Shown here: in pieces, positions 43,024 through 56,077 of the stretch
How the letters are laid out: each line of letters opens with the position of its first letter
Position numbering within the stretch: position 1 is the stretch's first letter
Assembly: GCF_006345805.1 (NCBI RefSeq)
Contig: NC_043010.1
Span: 68,262,001-68,326,000 of the forward strand
Origin: Octopus sinensis
Lineage: Eukaryota
Length of the DNA: 64,000 nt
Direction of reading: 5' to 3'
Position numbers and translations under genes: made by a program
Notes under the pieces: generated by a model
Told to the model about the DNA's origin: nothing
Databases searched by the model: none
What the model saw: the letters and a program-made list of their open reading frames with translations, nothing else

Positions 43024-43225
43024 ATGTATATATGTGATGTAGATATGCGTGTGTACGCTTGGAGGCCCAATTCCGAGTTCTTTTAAAGGGCTTAGAAAAA
43101 CTGAAGGAACGCTGCAATAAGTGTGTGAATCTCAGATGGGAATATTCTGAATAAAGTCATAATTAACTGATCCTCCTGTAATTTCTTTTACCCAAAACCA
43201 GGAACTTTTCTTCAGTAACCCCTCG
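42834..43225 (+). mobile_element. Mariner-type MITE (family M1) carrying an internal insertion at 42872-43057
   Basis: Same TIRs and GLEKLKERCNKCVNLR remnant as 4667-4860; TA on both sides. Confidence 0.8.
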
Positions 43226-43354
43226 TAATTCATAGCAAAAGATCTTCAAATGTGATAATACAATATGGTTTTATTATCAATGACATGTATATACTTCCTG
43301 CTGAAAGCAAAACAAACGAGATCACTTTGCCTGATGATTGCTGATGTCTTATAG

Positions 43355-43768
43355 GGCGGCGAGCTGGCAGAAACGTTAGCACGCCGGGTGAAATGCTTAG
43401 CAGTATTTCGTCTGTCGCTATGTTCTGAGTTCAAATTCCGCCGAGATTGACTTTGCCTTTCATCCTTTCGGGGTCGATAAAATAAGTACCAGATACGCAC
43501 TGGAATCGATATAATCGACTTAATCCGTGTGTCTGTCCTTGTTTGTCCCCTCTGTGTTTAGCCTCTTGTGGGTAGTAAAGAAATAGGTATTTCGTCTATC
43601 GCTACATTCTGAGTTCAAATTCTGCCGAGGTCGATTTGCCTTTCATCCTTTCGGGGTCGATAGATTAAGTACCAGTTACGCACTGGGGTCGATGTAATCG
43701 ACTTAATCCGTTTGTCTGTCATTGTTTGTCTCCTCTGTGTTTAACCCCTTGTCGGCAATAAAGAAATA
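43355..43768 (+). mobile_element. SINE A1, head + 2 units
   Basis: 15-bp TSD GATTGCTGATGTCTT (43336-43350, 43769-43783). Confidence 0.9.
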
Positions 43769-44089
43769 GATTGCTGATGTCTTTGCTCGTTCTTACGAGA
43801 GGTTATCATAATTAACAAGATTAAAATTGCAGATTTCATTCTGTAAAATAATACAGATATATTTCGTTGGTTTTTGGAAATAAATATTTCTGTCAAAAAC
43901 TGTCATTATTAAAGAGGTGTTTGTTATAACACCTAATTCGTCTTTACTTCTAGCCATTTTTTTTCACCCCAAATAAACTACACGGACATATTACTATATT
44001 CTAAAAAGTTTACAAAATAGTGTACTTCGTTGTTTCATTGGCTGCAGAGACTACAATCAAATAAAATATATAAATATTAACTAGTATTT

Positions 44090-44478
44090 AGGGCGGGGAA
44101 AGCGAAATGCTTAGTGGCACTTCGTTGTCTTTACATTCTGAGTTCAAATTCCCTCGCGGTCGATTTCGTCTTTCATCCTTTCGGGGTCAATGAAATAATG
44201 TACCAGCTTAGTACTGGGGATCGATGTATTCGACTGTCCCACCCCCGTCCACCAAATTTCAGGCCTTGTGTCTACAGTAGAAAGGATTATTATTATCATT
44301 GTTAAGGCAGCTAGTTGGCAGAATCGTTAGCACGCTGGGTAAAATGCTTAGTGGCATTTCGTTCGTCTTTACGTTTTGAGTTCAAATTCCACCGAGGTCG
44401 ACCTTGCCTTTCATCCTTTCAGTGTCGTTAAAATAAGTACCATTTGAGCATTGGAGTCGATGTGATCGACTTCCTCCT
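44090..44478 (+). mobile_element. Two head-to-tail A2 SINEs inside one 14-bp direct repeat
   Basis: ATATTAACTAGTAT at 44074-44087 and 44479-44492; copies start at ~44090 and ~44305. Confidence 0.75.
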
Positions 44479-45777
44479 ATATTAACTAGTATAGCAGCAG
44501 TGGAGATGATACCAAAATTTAACACTACCTAAATCTTTCATCGAATCACGCAATTTCAGTCCGTTTTGTATTTTATTCCTTCGACGTCAATAAAACAGGT
44601 ACCAGTCATTTACAGTAAAAAAAAAAAGCTCAATCGTCTGTATATTTCCATTCCAAATTTGTGATTGGATCAATATATGAAATCCACACTTGTACACGAT
44701 ATTGCAATCAGTGTACTTTAATAAGCAAGCACCCAATGAAACCAGCCTGCGATGTGGTTTTATTTCTCAGTGGAAACCAATTCATTTCATTCACACCAGT
44801 AACTCTCTCTACAAAGTCACGAGTATCAATAACCCTCATTTCTTTCCTAATGAACATGTGCTTAAGTGAGAAATGAATATCATAGTAGTTATAGATTGCA
44901 TTGCAATGTTATGCCGATGCTGTAAAATTACGACAATGTCCTGTACTCCAACAATTATTTCGTAATTAGCCTATATTCTTCTGTTAAATTACTGACACAG
45001 ATTATTTCCTCGGTTGAATCTTAGGAAACGTATGAAAATAAAGTGTGGCCCAGGCGCCACATACATTTTCAATGTTTTTTTAAATGTGATTCAGAGAAGA
45101 GCAAAATATATCTTGTACCATTTTCATTACAGACAAGTGTAGTTAAGTGCTCAAGGGAGGACTCGACACAGCCCTGGCGGCGACATTAGAACTTACAACC
45201 AAATTATAGGTCATTATGATTCTGCAAACAAACATCAATGAAAATGTTTTATAACGCATTTAAAAGGCGCTTTCCAAATCTCCGGAGATATTTTAAAATA
45301 AATATTAGCTCTTTTAGTACCTCCTTTAAAAATAAACTAAAAAAAAAACTTTGCAGCTTTAAATTTCGACGTAACACTTTGAACGATAGCTTGGTACATA
45401 TTACTGAATTGGCTTGTGACATACAACTTTGCTGTAGCTTTCTTATAAGAGATCAAGTTCTGAATTCGCTGATATGATGTTTAAAACTTTCATAATACAC
45501 ACAGGTCCAAATTGCTATTAACTAATCTTCGTAAATCCCCAAAGTACTTGAAAACAAATTATATATTATTAACGGTTGTAACAAAGTAGGTATGGTTTTA
45601 CTTGTTTGTTTTATAGCAATGGCTGAATATATAAGTGTGTATGTTTATAATGGGTTTATTTCACTATAAATGTGAATTGTTAGAACGGAGCAGTTAATTG
45701 TCAGCTTTTATTAATCAATAAATTTGCTAAATAAACAGAACTGACAAAGCGAATTTATATATACATGTATCGTTTAG

Positions 45778-46060
45778 CTCTTACTTGTTTCATTCATTCG
45801 TCTGTGGCCATGCTGGGGCACCGCTTTAAAGGGACTTAGTGGAACAAATCGACCCCGGTACTTTTAAAAGTTTGATGCATATTTTATCGGTATGTCAGAG
45901 AGACATAAACAAACCAATATCGATTGTCGAGCGGTGTAGGACGACAAACTTAGGCATATATGCGACGGACTTCCACACAGTTTCCGTCTATGAAAGTTCA
46001 TTCATCTGGCATTGATTGTCCCGGGGTTATTATAGATGACACTTGCGCAAAATGCCAAGC
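45778..46060 (-). mobile_element. SINE family B, old copy
   Basis: Diverged 3' body; no expanded internal microsatellite. Confidence 0.6.
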
Positions 46061-46624
46061 AAATAGTTTTAAAATATGATTTCGATAAAAATAAAATATG
46101 AATAACGAAAATCTGCTTTTTTTATATGAACATTGCATGAAACAGTTTATGGTCAAGTTACGTGATTTTTTTTTCATTTCACTTTAATCTGATATTGTTA
46201 TTTGGAAAATACAAGTACAACATCGATTTTTCCAGATGTTTAATCCCAAAGCCGTTCCAAATTATTGATTTTTCGGAACCAGCGTTGGTCACATTCTAAA
46301 TTAAAGAAATATTAAATTTACTTAAAGAGCTAAACGAAATACTGGTATTCGTATATTAGTATAAATAAGTTTACTTATACTATACTGTGGAAGGTACAAG
46401 TCTTCTAATCTGTGCAAGGTACCATTTACTATGCCTGGTCGTTGCGAGAATTTAAAGTTCCTGCTAATAAATCTGTGCAGATGTTAACAGATTCTGGACG
46501 ATCAGTAGCTGTGACAATTGCTATCTGCTCATTTCATAAAGTCAATCTGGATGGTCACTGGTTGATAGACATCGGACAACGAAAGATTGAGCAATACACT
46601 TCGTCAATATTAGGAGTGTCTTTA

Positions 46625-46830
46625 AAGCGGAGAGCTGGCAGAATTGTTAGCAAGCCGGGCGAAATGCTTAGCGACATTTCGTCCGTCTTCACGTCCTGAG
46701 TTCAAATTCCGTCGAGGTCGATTTTGCTTTTCGTCCTTTCGTGGCTGGTAACATAAGTACAAGTTGAATACGGGGAGAGATGTGACCGACCTAACCCTCC
46801 CTAAAATTACTGGCCCTGTGCCAAAATCTG
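46625..46830 (+). mobile_element. SINE A2, diverged
   Basis: GCGGAGAGCTGGCAGAATTGTTAG head and GAGTTCAAATTCC B box. Confidence 0.72.
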
Positions 46831-48255
46831 ATACCAATATCAGGAGTGTGTCAGGTGATAAAATAAGCTTACTTTGCAATTTCATTGTTTCGGATTCGAT
46901 TCGGGCCCACGTTTACTTAGACGGAAGAACCCCAGCTTTGAGTGGCAATTTCGAAAAGGGTAATATGAAAAGATTTGATACTGAGCCTACAAGATTGGTT
47001 AGAATGGAGAAAAGGAATGAGGAAAAGGAAGGAGTAATGAGTGTGGAATGAGTTTTCATTACGAGCTCATAGTTATCACACAAGTTCGTGATTATCACAC
47101 ACTGGTAACGGGTTACTACCCAGAAACCCGGGTCTGTGTGTATCGCGTAAGACTAGAGAGGGAAACGATGATTTCTCCTCGCAAATACTAATCGGACACA
47201 GCCAGTGTGTCGTTAGCCAGCTGGAGGAGATGTCCTCCTGGGGCTAAAAACAACAGTAGCATCGTCCTCTATGGGACCGCCACGATTAGTTGGCAATTAT
47301 ATTTTATGATTGGTTAGAATGGTTTTTATGTTTTCCAGTTTCAGCTCTTGAGCTGTGGCCATGCTGGGGCATGACGTTTAACAAATTATTTTAATTTCTA
47401 TTTGATATCATAGTCGGTGTTATTACTTTTTTAAGATTTCACATAAATGTGAACAATCTTTTATTCGTGCTTCTAAGTTGATTGCAAAATATGTATGATT
47501 ATTGCTCGTAAAGTAATTTAAATAAACTGGTAGTTAGACTAACGCCTGACTTAGAAACATACGTTTTTGCGGTAGCGTAGTAAATAATTCCTTTAAAAGT
47601 ACATTTACGGTCACGTGGACAAGCATTCGGATGCACTTGAATGTTTGTGAACATTAGGTTGATAACCTTTGATAACTCCACCCCTTCTCAATTTTCATCG
47701 CTGCATATTCCTCTCCTACTTTTAGTCCCCCGTTCCGCCCACGCTATTCTCCTACCTTTCTTCGGCAAAAATTTTGGTAGATGTGCAATATTCTTTTTAA
47801 AAGTTTCTCATTACATTCTGAAGAACGAAAACATGAAACCAGATTAAACTCTAATCCTGAAACCGTTATTAACTCTTTGATTGCGGGAAACAGATATATC
47901 TGTTCAAAATTTTGATACTGTTGACTGCGTAAAGTGGTTTTACCCCCACGTCTTTGAGAAAGCCCTGTCTTTTTGCTACGAAAAATGGGGATAAACAAAT
48001 GACACATTTTACAATTCAGATTTTTTTTTTTTTACACATTTCATCAAATATCTCTTCACAGAGCCTACAAGCCCCCCAAAGGTATGGAAGGCAAAGTAAA
48101 ATAATACGATAAATCGATACCATTGGAAACCTGTATTTGACTGGTACATTATTTTATCGATGAGAAGCAAATTTGAACTCAGAGCAGAATGTTTTTAACG
48201 TGATGATCTATGCTTCGAAATAGTGTATTTCGGAGTACTGTAGCATAGTTATGCA

Positions 48256-48286
<31 letters not shown>

Positions 48287-48288
48287 CA

Positions 48289-48870
48289 GGCGGTGAGCTG
48301 GCAGAACCGTTAGCACGCCGGGCGAAATGCGTAGCCGTATTTCATCTGCCGTTACGTTCTGAGTTCAAATTCCGCCGAGGTCGACTTTGCCTTTCATCCT
48401 TTTGAGGTCGATTAAATAAGTACCAGTTACGCACTGGGGTCGATATAATCGACTTAATCCATTTGTGCGTCCATGTTTGTCCTCTCTGTGTTTAGCCCCT
48501 TGTGGGTAGTAAAGAAATAGGTATTTCGTCTGCCGCTACGTTTTGAGTTCAAATTCCGCCGAGGTCGACTATGCTTTTCATCCTCTTGGGGTCGATTAAA
48601 TAAGTACCAGTTACGCACTGGAGTCGATGTAATCGACTTAATCCGTTTGTCTGTCCTTATTTGTACCCTCTATGTTTAGCCCCTTGTGGGCAATAAAGAA
48701 ATACGAATCGTTAGCACGCCGTGCAAAAGTTCCCAGTGGCACTTCGTCCGTCCTTACGTTTTGAGTTAAAATTCTGTCGAGGTCGGTTTACCCTTTCATC
48801 CTTTCGGGGCCCATAAAATAAATACCAGCCAAGCAGTGGTGTCAATGTAATCGAGCAATGCCCTCCCTCG
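48289..48870 (+). mobile_element. SINE A1 (head + 2 units, to ~48702) followed directly by an older head-truncated A-family copy
   Basis: Two A1 units, then GAATCGTTAGCACGCCG restarts a diverged copy at ~48705. Confidence 0.82.
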
Positions 48871-50535
48871 AAGTTATGACATAGATACACACACAATATG
48901 TATAGACATATATACACATATACATATATATATATACATATATATATATAAAAATTAATCAAAATAAAAACATGATGCCAAGGATTCAGCGCCGAATTTT
49001 TATATATATATATATATACACACGTGTGTGTTTGTGTGTGTGCGTGCGTATTTGTAGTGCTGTGTAAAATAACGTTCTGGTATTTCATAGGGTGTAGTGA
49101 ACTGTAGTTTGGGATCAGCGCCATTTTCATATGAAAGGGTTGGATACTGTTGTAGTATTTGTCGTATCACCAAAATTGTTTGATTAATATACACTCTAAT
49201 GCATTGAACGTTTGCTTAATTAGAATTTAATGATGTGTTGTGTCGTTTTTATTACTGTAGCGAAAAAGCTGGAGTTTCCAGTTTTTTCTGTTCCTTCCAA
49301 TCCAAATATGACTTTACAGGCAGGTGTGAAAAGTTACGTGTTGGAACGTGCATTGTCCCCACCCTACGAAACAACGACCACGACGACAACGACCACGACG
49401 ATGATGATAATAATAATAACGGTAATCACGCCGATGTCTGCCTTGAGTAATATGAGCTTGTAAGAAAATTAATGATACGTAGGAAATAATACGTAGGAAG
49501 TATCGAAATAGTAAAAGCCAGGCAGATTTAAATAGAAACTGGACACTAATTAAAACCAGTATAATTAAGGGAAGAGAAAAACAATTCTTTTATGACTTTT
49601 ATTTTGGCTTTTATGTTAGTTAAGGAATAATTTATTTTTTTTAAGACATGTAAATTATAGGGGAAATTTATCCCAAGCCCAACCAATATAAAATAAGATC
49701 GTTTGAAAGCGATGAAACAATTCTTAAAAGAAAAAAAAAAGACCCCTATTTTATATAGCATGTGTTCACTATTAGTCTTTTTAAAACACAATTTAGTTTA
49801 TTTATTTTTCCTTTTGTGGTGTTTATTGTTTCTTTGTAATTGTTTTTTTTTTTTTTTTTCTTAATTGTCTCCAAAATGTAAGATATGTGTTTCAATCTCG
49901 TTATGTGAGCGATTTCGTTTTGGTGTCAAATTCTTGCTTATAATTTGCCAAATTCCAGAGGTATTGTATGTTGCATTGTGTCAACTAACTGTGTTTGTTA
50001 GTTAAATGTAATATAGGTTGGCGAGTCTTGCACACATACGTACGAGGCACAAATATAAACACACACACACACTATTTATATATATATATATATGTCTGTA
50101 TGTGTGAGTGGGAGAGAGAATTTGTGTGTGCGTGTGTGTGTATTCAGTCACACACACACACACACACAATCAGAAAAATGTTCCTTTGCTATTTTGAAAG
50201 AAATGCTGTGTCTTTAGTCTTAAAGGAAAAGCTATATTCTCCCAAAACCAGTTTGTAGACTGAGTGTTCTAATACTAAACCTGGCAGTAATAACGTGCTT
50301 GAATATTCAATGACATTTACGTAGAATTTCTATCTTGATGGCAATGAGAAACGACATTTTCTATAACAAAGTATCGAATTTTATTTGTATATTTCCATAT
50401 ATACGACATTGCTGTTCAGAAACCAGGCAGTTTCATTAGTTCTTGTTGCTGATTATGATTTTATGTATGCGCCTGTCTGCATATGGAAATGAATATATGT
50501 GTGTTTGTATGCGGATGTATGAAAATGATACATAG

Positions 50536-50589
<54 letters not shown>

Positions 50590-51040
50590 GAGAGTATGCT
50601 AACTCAATTTCAAATTTCTTAGCATTCTTTTAACATATTATAATTATCTGTCATGCCTTATGAAGAGCGAAGAGAGGGAAGATTTTTATTGTTAAATACA
50701 AGGTCTTGCGTCTCTGCTTCTCCTTCAATCTAAAGTGTCTATAAAATTAGGTATTCAGTTTGCTGATTTTCGCCCCAGGACTGGTAGATACTTTACTCAT
50801 GCAACAGAAGCTGGAGGTAAAGATTTATATATAAACGTGTAGTGTGAAAACATGAGCCGCTACATCAGTGGTTCTCAACCGGGCTTCGTACGACCTCTGG
50901 GGCGGGAGTACATATGTATTGTTTTGTTTATTTTTGGTGGGGGATGTGCGTGTAAGTTAAATAGTAAATTTGGGGGTCCACTGTAGTATTTTAAAGGTCC
51001 ACGAAAAGTTTTGATTTAAAGGTATATATTATAAGAAAAA

Positions 51041-51270
51041 GGCGGCGAGCTGGCAGAATCATTAGCAAGCCGGGCGGAATGCGTAGCCGTATTTCGTCTG
51101 TCATTACGTTCTGAGCTCAAATTCTGCCGAGGTCGACTTTGCCTTTCATCCTTTCGGAGTCGATAAATTAAGTACCAGTTACGCACTGGGGTCGATATAA
51201 TCGACTTAATCCGTTTGCCTGTCCTTGTTTGTCCTCTCCGTGTTTAGCCCCTTGCGGGTAGTAAAGAAAG
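51041..51270 (+). mobile_element. SINE A1, monomer nested in the hAT MITE
   Basis: A1 consensus; flanking ATATATTRTAAGAAA direct repeat. Confidence 0.87.
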
Positions 51271-51327
51271 ATGCATATATTGTAAGAAACAACTAGGTTT
51301 CTTTGACATTTTACATAGTTCAACCTA

Positions 51328-51551
51328 TTGGGTTGTCCGGAATGTTCGTGGCGATTTTTAAAGGAAAGAAAAAGGTTAATAAATACTTGCCATTACATTT
51401 TTAATCAACCAAATATGAACCATTTTGTTGCACAATGCGCCTCCATCTTTCCTTTAATTTGAAAATACCCTCTTCCCAGAATCGAGGTGCCTGGGAGGGT
51501 AAGTCGAAAGGTAAGCTACTATAAATCGGCACGAACCTTCGGACAACATAA
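51328..51551 (-). mobile_element. Shorter deletion derivative of mariner family M2
   Basis: Same TIRs and TA flanks as 27191-27740; retains only FWEEGIFKLKERWRRIVQQNGSYLVD*. Confidence 0.88.
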
Positions 51552-52197
51552 TACATATGTGAATGGTGTGTGCGAAACAAAATAGAGATTTGAAAGGAGT
51601 TTCTATAAAACTGATTTTTAAACATCGAATAACTATGAGGGTCCACCATGACAGAATAGTAATCAAAGGGGTCCATTGGCAAACAAAAATGGCTGAGAAC
51701 CTCTGCTCTATACGACCGCTCGGTCTGCTAAAAATAACAGTCAAAGCTTTTTTGAATCACTATCTGCCATCCTAAAAACGGACTGAATGGCTCATAATTC
51801 AGTTTGCATTTCAGTATGTACGCGTGCATACATGTTATAGTGGAGATCATTTGCCTTCAGAGACCTCGATTCAGAGAAGATATAGAACAGCTAAATGTGG
51901 CTTATATAGTACTCAGAAAGCAAGACTGCTACTCAAGTTTCGTGTAGCTGCATATCAATTATATTCATAAAATGTACAATTGCTGACACATCGAAAAGTC
52001 GCGCACTTCCTGAGAACAGGTTACAAGAATTTAAACGAATGACAAGTTGCAATATTATCTTCAGAGTATAGTGCAAAAACTACAAAGACACACTTGGGTT
52101 GCATTAAAAAAGAATCTATCCAGGATATTATACATCATTTATGTATGACATAAATATGACATAAATTGTGTTTGACACATTATGTATGACATAAATA

Positions 52198-52359
52198 GGC
52201 GTAGGAATGGCTGTGTGGTAAGTAGCTTGCTTACCAGGCACATGGTTCCGGGTTCAGTCCCACTGCGTGGCACCTTGGGCAAGTGTCTTCTACTATAGCC
52301 TCGGGCCGACCAAAGCCTTGCGAGTGGATTTGGTAGACGGAAACTGAAAGAAGCCCGTC

Positions 52360-52413
<54 letters not shown>

Positions 52414-52640
52414 GTATGTGCGTGTTTGTGTGTCTGTGTTTGTCCCCAACATCGATTGACAACCGATGCTGGTGTGTTTATGTCCCCGTAACTTAGCGGT
52501 TCGGCAAAAGGAGACCGATACAATAAGTACTAGGCTTACAAAGAATAAGTCCTGGGGGGTGGGGTCGATTTGCTCGACTAAAAGGCGGTGCTCCAGCATG
52601 GGCCACAGTCAAAATGACTGAAACAAGTAAAAAAAAAAAA
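52198..52640 (+). mobile_element. SINE family B
   Basis: Full-length match starting GGCGTAGGAATGGCTGTGTGG. Confidence 0.88.
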
Positions 52641-52693
52641 ACCACAGTTCTCGTATCATTTCCGCTATTATCTCAGATTGAAAGCTACAAAAC

Positions 52694-52769
52694 AAAACGA
52701 ACGACGATTGATGAAAACGAACGACGATTGATGAAAACGAACGACGATTGATGAAAACAACGACGATTG
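52694..52769. repeat. 20-bp minisatellite, about 3.8 copies
   Basis: AAAACGAACGACGATTGATG in tandem. Confidence 0.9.
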
Positions 52770-53127
52770 CTTGTTCGTTCGTTGATCTTAGTCATATAAG
52801 ACCGGTAACAGTTGGGAAGTTAAAGACGACGACGACGACGTACGAAAGAATGATTTGCAATAAAGAGAGAAAGGAGCTACCCACAGTGAAGAAGAAAAAC
52901 AAAAAAAAAAAAACAAAGAAAAATCAAATAGACGAAGAAGTAAAAAAAAAAACAAAGAAAAATCAAATAGTAAAGAGTTTGTCGACTTATTATAAACAGC
53001 TGTTCGAAACTGGTCAACGTATTCCTTATAATTACAAGCCAACAATCCTTCGAAAACACAGATACAAACATACAAACTACATGTATAATTTTACTACGCT
53101 ATCATATCGTCATATGGCTGATAGTAC

Positions 53128-53186
53128 GTATGTATGTATGTATGTATGTGCTTATGCTTACAAGTTTGCGCGTATGTATGTATATA

Positions 53187-53231
<45 letters not shown>

Positions 53232-53281
53232 ATACGTATATAAATGTACATATATATATATACATATATATATACACACAC

Positions 53282-53312
<31 letters not shown>

Positions 53313-53321
53313 CACACACAC

Positions 53322-53352
<31 letters not shown>

Positions 53353-53373
53353 ATATATACGTATATAATGTAC

Positions 53374-53404
<31 letters not shown>

Positions 53405-53412
53405 CACACACA

Positions 53413-53446
<34 letters not shown>

Positions 53447-53533
53447 CACACACATATATATATATATATATATTACATATATATATATACACACACATAT
53501 ATATATATTATATATATATACATATATATATAT

Positions 53534-53576
<43 letters not shown>

Positions 53577-53583
53577 TATATAT

Positions 53584-53630
<47 letters not shown>

Positions 53631-53820
53631 TGTATATATATATGTATGTATATATGTGGTGTTTACGTGGAGGTCCATTATTCACTTCATTAGCTTAGAT
53701 TGCATTATTTTATATATATGTAAGTGTATATGTATGTGTGTCTATATACAAATTTATATGTATTTATCTATATATATATATAATATATATATATATATAT
53801 GTTCATAGGTTTATGTATAC

Positions 53821-53868
<48 letters not shown>

Positions 53869-53891
53869 ATGTGTAAATGTATGTGTATATT

Positions 53892-53937
<46 letters not shown>

Positions 53938-54229
53938 ATTATATATGTATGCATAAAACACTATGAGACGAGTTCGCTTAAATACCCATGGGTCTTATTG
54001 ACACGGACATTTTTATGTTGTTTTTATTGTCTTGTTAGTCAAATAGACACACACACACAAAAATCACACACGCTCGCATGCACACAAACGCACACACACC
54101 CACGCACATATACACACTCGTACACATTGGCTTAGGTTTCGTTTTCTATTCAGCCTGGGAACCGTTTATTGGTATTAAAGATATTCAGAGAGGTTCTTTA
54201 CTTTTACTGTTTTTTTATTTGTATTACTA

Positions 54230-54293
<64 letters not shown>

Positions 54294-54462
54294 GTTGTTG
54301 TTGTTGTTGTTATTGTTAATAGTAGTAGTCGTTTTTGTTTTGTTTTGTGGGGTGGGAACTACGTGGGGGTAAAGATTCATATCAGTTTTCTTTTGTTGAT
54401 ATGAATGTGTGTGAGCGCGTGTGTGGGTGTGTGTGTTTGTGTGTAAGCGTGTGTGTGTGTTT

Positions 54463-54494
<32 letters not shown>

Positions 54495-55047
54495 AAGTTT
54501 TTCGATATGATAAAAATTTTATAGGTAAGGTCTGTGAAATATTCCTGTCGCCTCATTTAAGCTAAGATTTTTCTCGTAGTTTAAAGACACATGGATATAT
54601 ATATATATACATACATATATATACATATATACACACATATATATATACATATATATACATATATACATATATATACATATATATATATATATACACATAT
54701 ATATATATATACACACATATATATATATATACACGCATATATATATACATATATATACATATGTATGTATGTTTATATATATATGAATGCATGTTTATAT
54801 GTATGTATGCGTGTTTGTTTATATGTATGTATATATGTATGTACACATATATATTTGTATATGTATATATACATATATATATACATATGTATATATATAT
54901 GTATGTATATATATGTATACATATGTATATGTATACGTACAATATGCATATATATATATATATACATATATGTATACATACATATATATATATAAATATA
55001 TACATATGTATATATATATATATATATGTATATGTATACATATGTAT

Positions 55048-55079
<32 letters not shown>
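53128..55079. repeat. Large compound (TA)n/(CA)n microsatellite fields (53128-53950, 54594-55079) with (TTA)n between them
   Basis: Directly visible. Confidence 0.95.
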
Positions 55080-55082
<3 letters not shown>

Positions 55083-55268
55083 CATCACTCCTGATGATCG
55101 CAGCGGCGTGAAACCTGAGTCGCGATATAATTGTTCAGTTTAAATAAGGTGTGTGTGTGTAAACATGCATGTATATATATGTATGTATACACTATTTAAC
55201 TGATGATGACGACCGAGACTAACCCTGACACCAATAATATAAATACCTTAAAAATCGTTTCAAGCATT

Positions 55269-55299
<31 letters not shown>

Positions 55300-55428
55300 T
55301 TTGATTGTTTAAAAGCGCAAACGCCACTAAAACCTTTAAGAAAGTTCGCTTCGAAATCATCAGCTTCCCGAGTTCGAAACCAGTTTGTGACACCACAGGA
55401 AAAGATCTTTTTTTCTTCTCCTCTGATC

Positions 55429-55646
55429 TACTCTTTACTCTTTTACTCTTTTACTTGTTTAAGTCATTTGACTGCGGCCATGCTGGAGCACCGCCTTTAG
55501 TCGACCAAATCGACCCCGGGACTTATTCTTTGTAAGCCCAGTACTTATTCTATCTGTCTTTTTTGCCGAACCGCTAAGTGACGGGGACGTAAACATACCA
55601 GCATCGGTTGTCAAGCAATGCTAGGGGGACAAACACAGACACACAA

Positions 55647-55710
<64 letters not shown>

Positions 55711-55872
55711 GACAGGCTTCTTTCAGTTTCCGTCTACCAAATCCACTCACAAGGCATTGGTCGGCCCGGGGCTATAGCAGAAGACATTTGCCCAAGATGC
55801 CACGCAGTGGGACTGAACCCGGAACCATGTGGTTGGTTAGCAAGCTACTTACCACACAGCCACTCTTGCGCC
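55429..55872 (-). mobile_element. SINE family B
   Basis: Full-length match. Confidence 0.88.
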
Positions 55873-56077
55873 TTTGTGAGTGGCACAGAATAGAGAGCAA
55901 ACAGATGATTGTCCATCGAACACCCAGTTTTGAATATCTGTCTGTTATATCTGTCTGGAATTTCCACTTGACATACAAGCCAATTTTACAGTCACTTAAT
56001 CCTGTAATTGATCGGACAACTGAAACATTCATTTTCATTTTCGAAACTGCAAAATTGAGCTGTTTATATTGTAAACC

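Larger units (their letters stand above)
50866..51705. mobile_element. Old hAT (Charlie-like) MITE interrupted by a SINE and a mariner
   Basis: Termini CAGTGGTTCTCAACC...GGCTGAGAACCTCTG; degenerate 8-bp flanks CGCTACAT / CTCTATAC. Confidence 0.65.

Noticed and set aside
46412-47290. ORFs of 95 aa around a SINE
   Set aside because: They run through SINE sequence with no recognisable domain or convincing splice sites.
55199-55225. Second CTGATGA near the 55087 motif
   Set aside because: No GAAA or pairing stems follow it.
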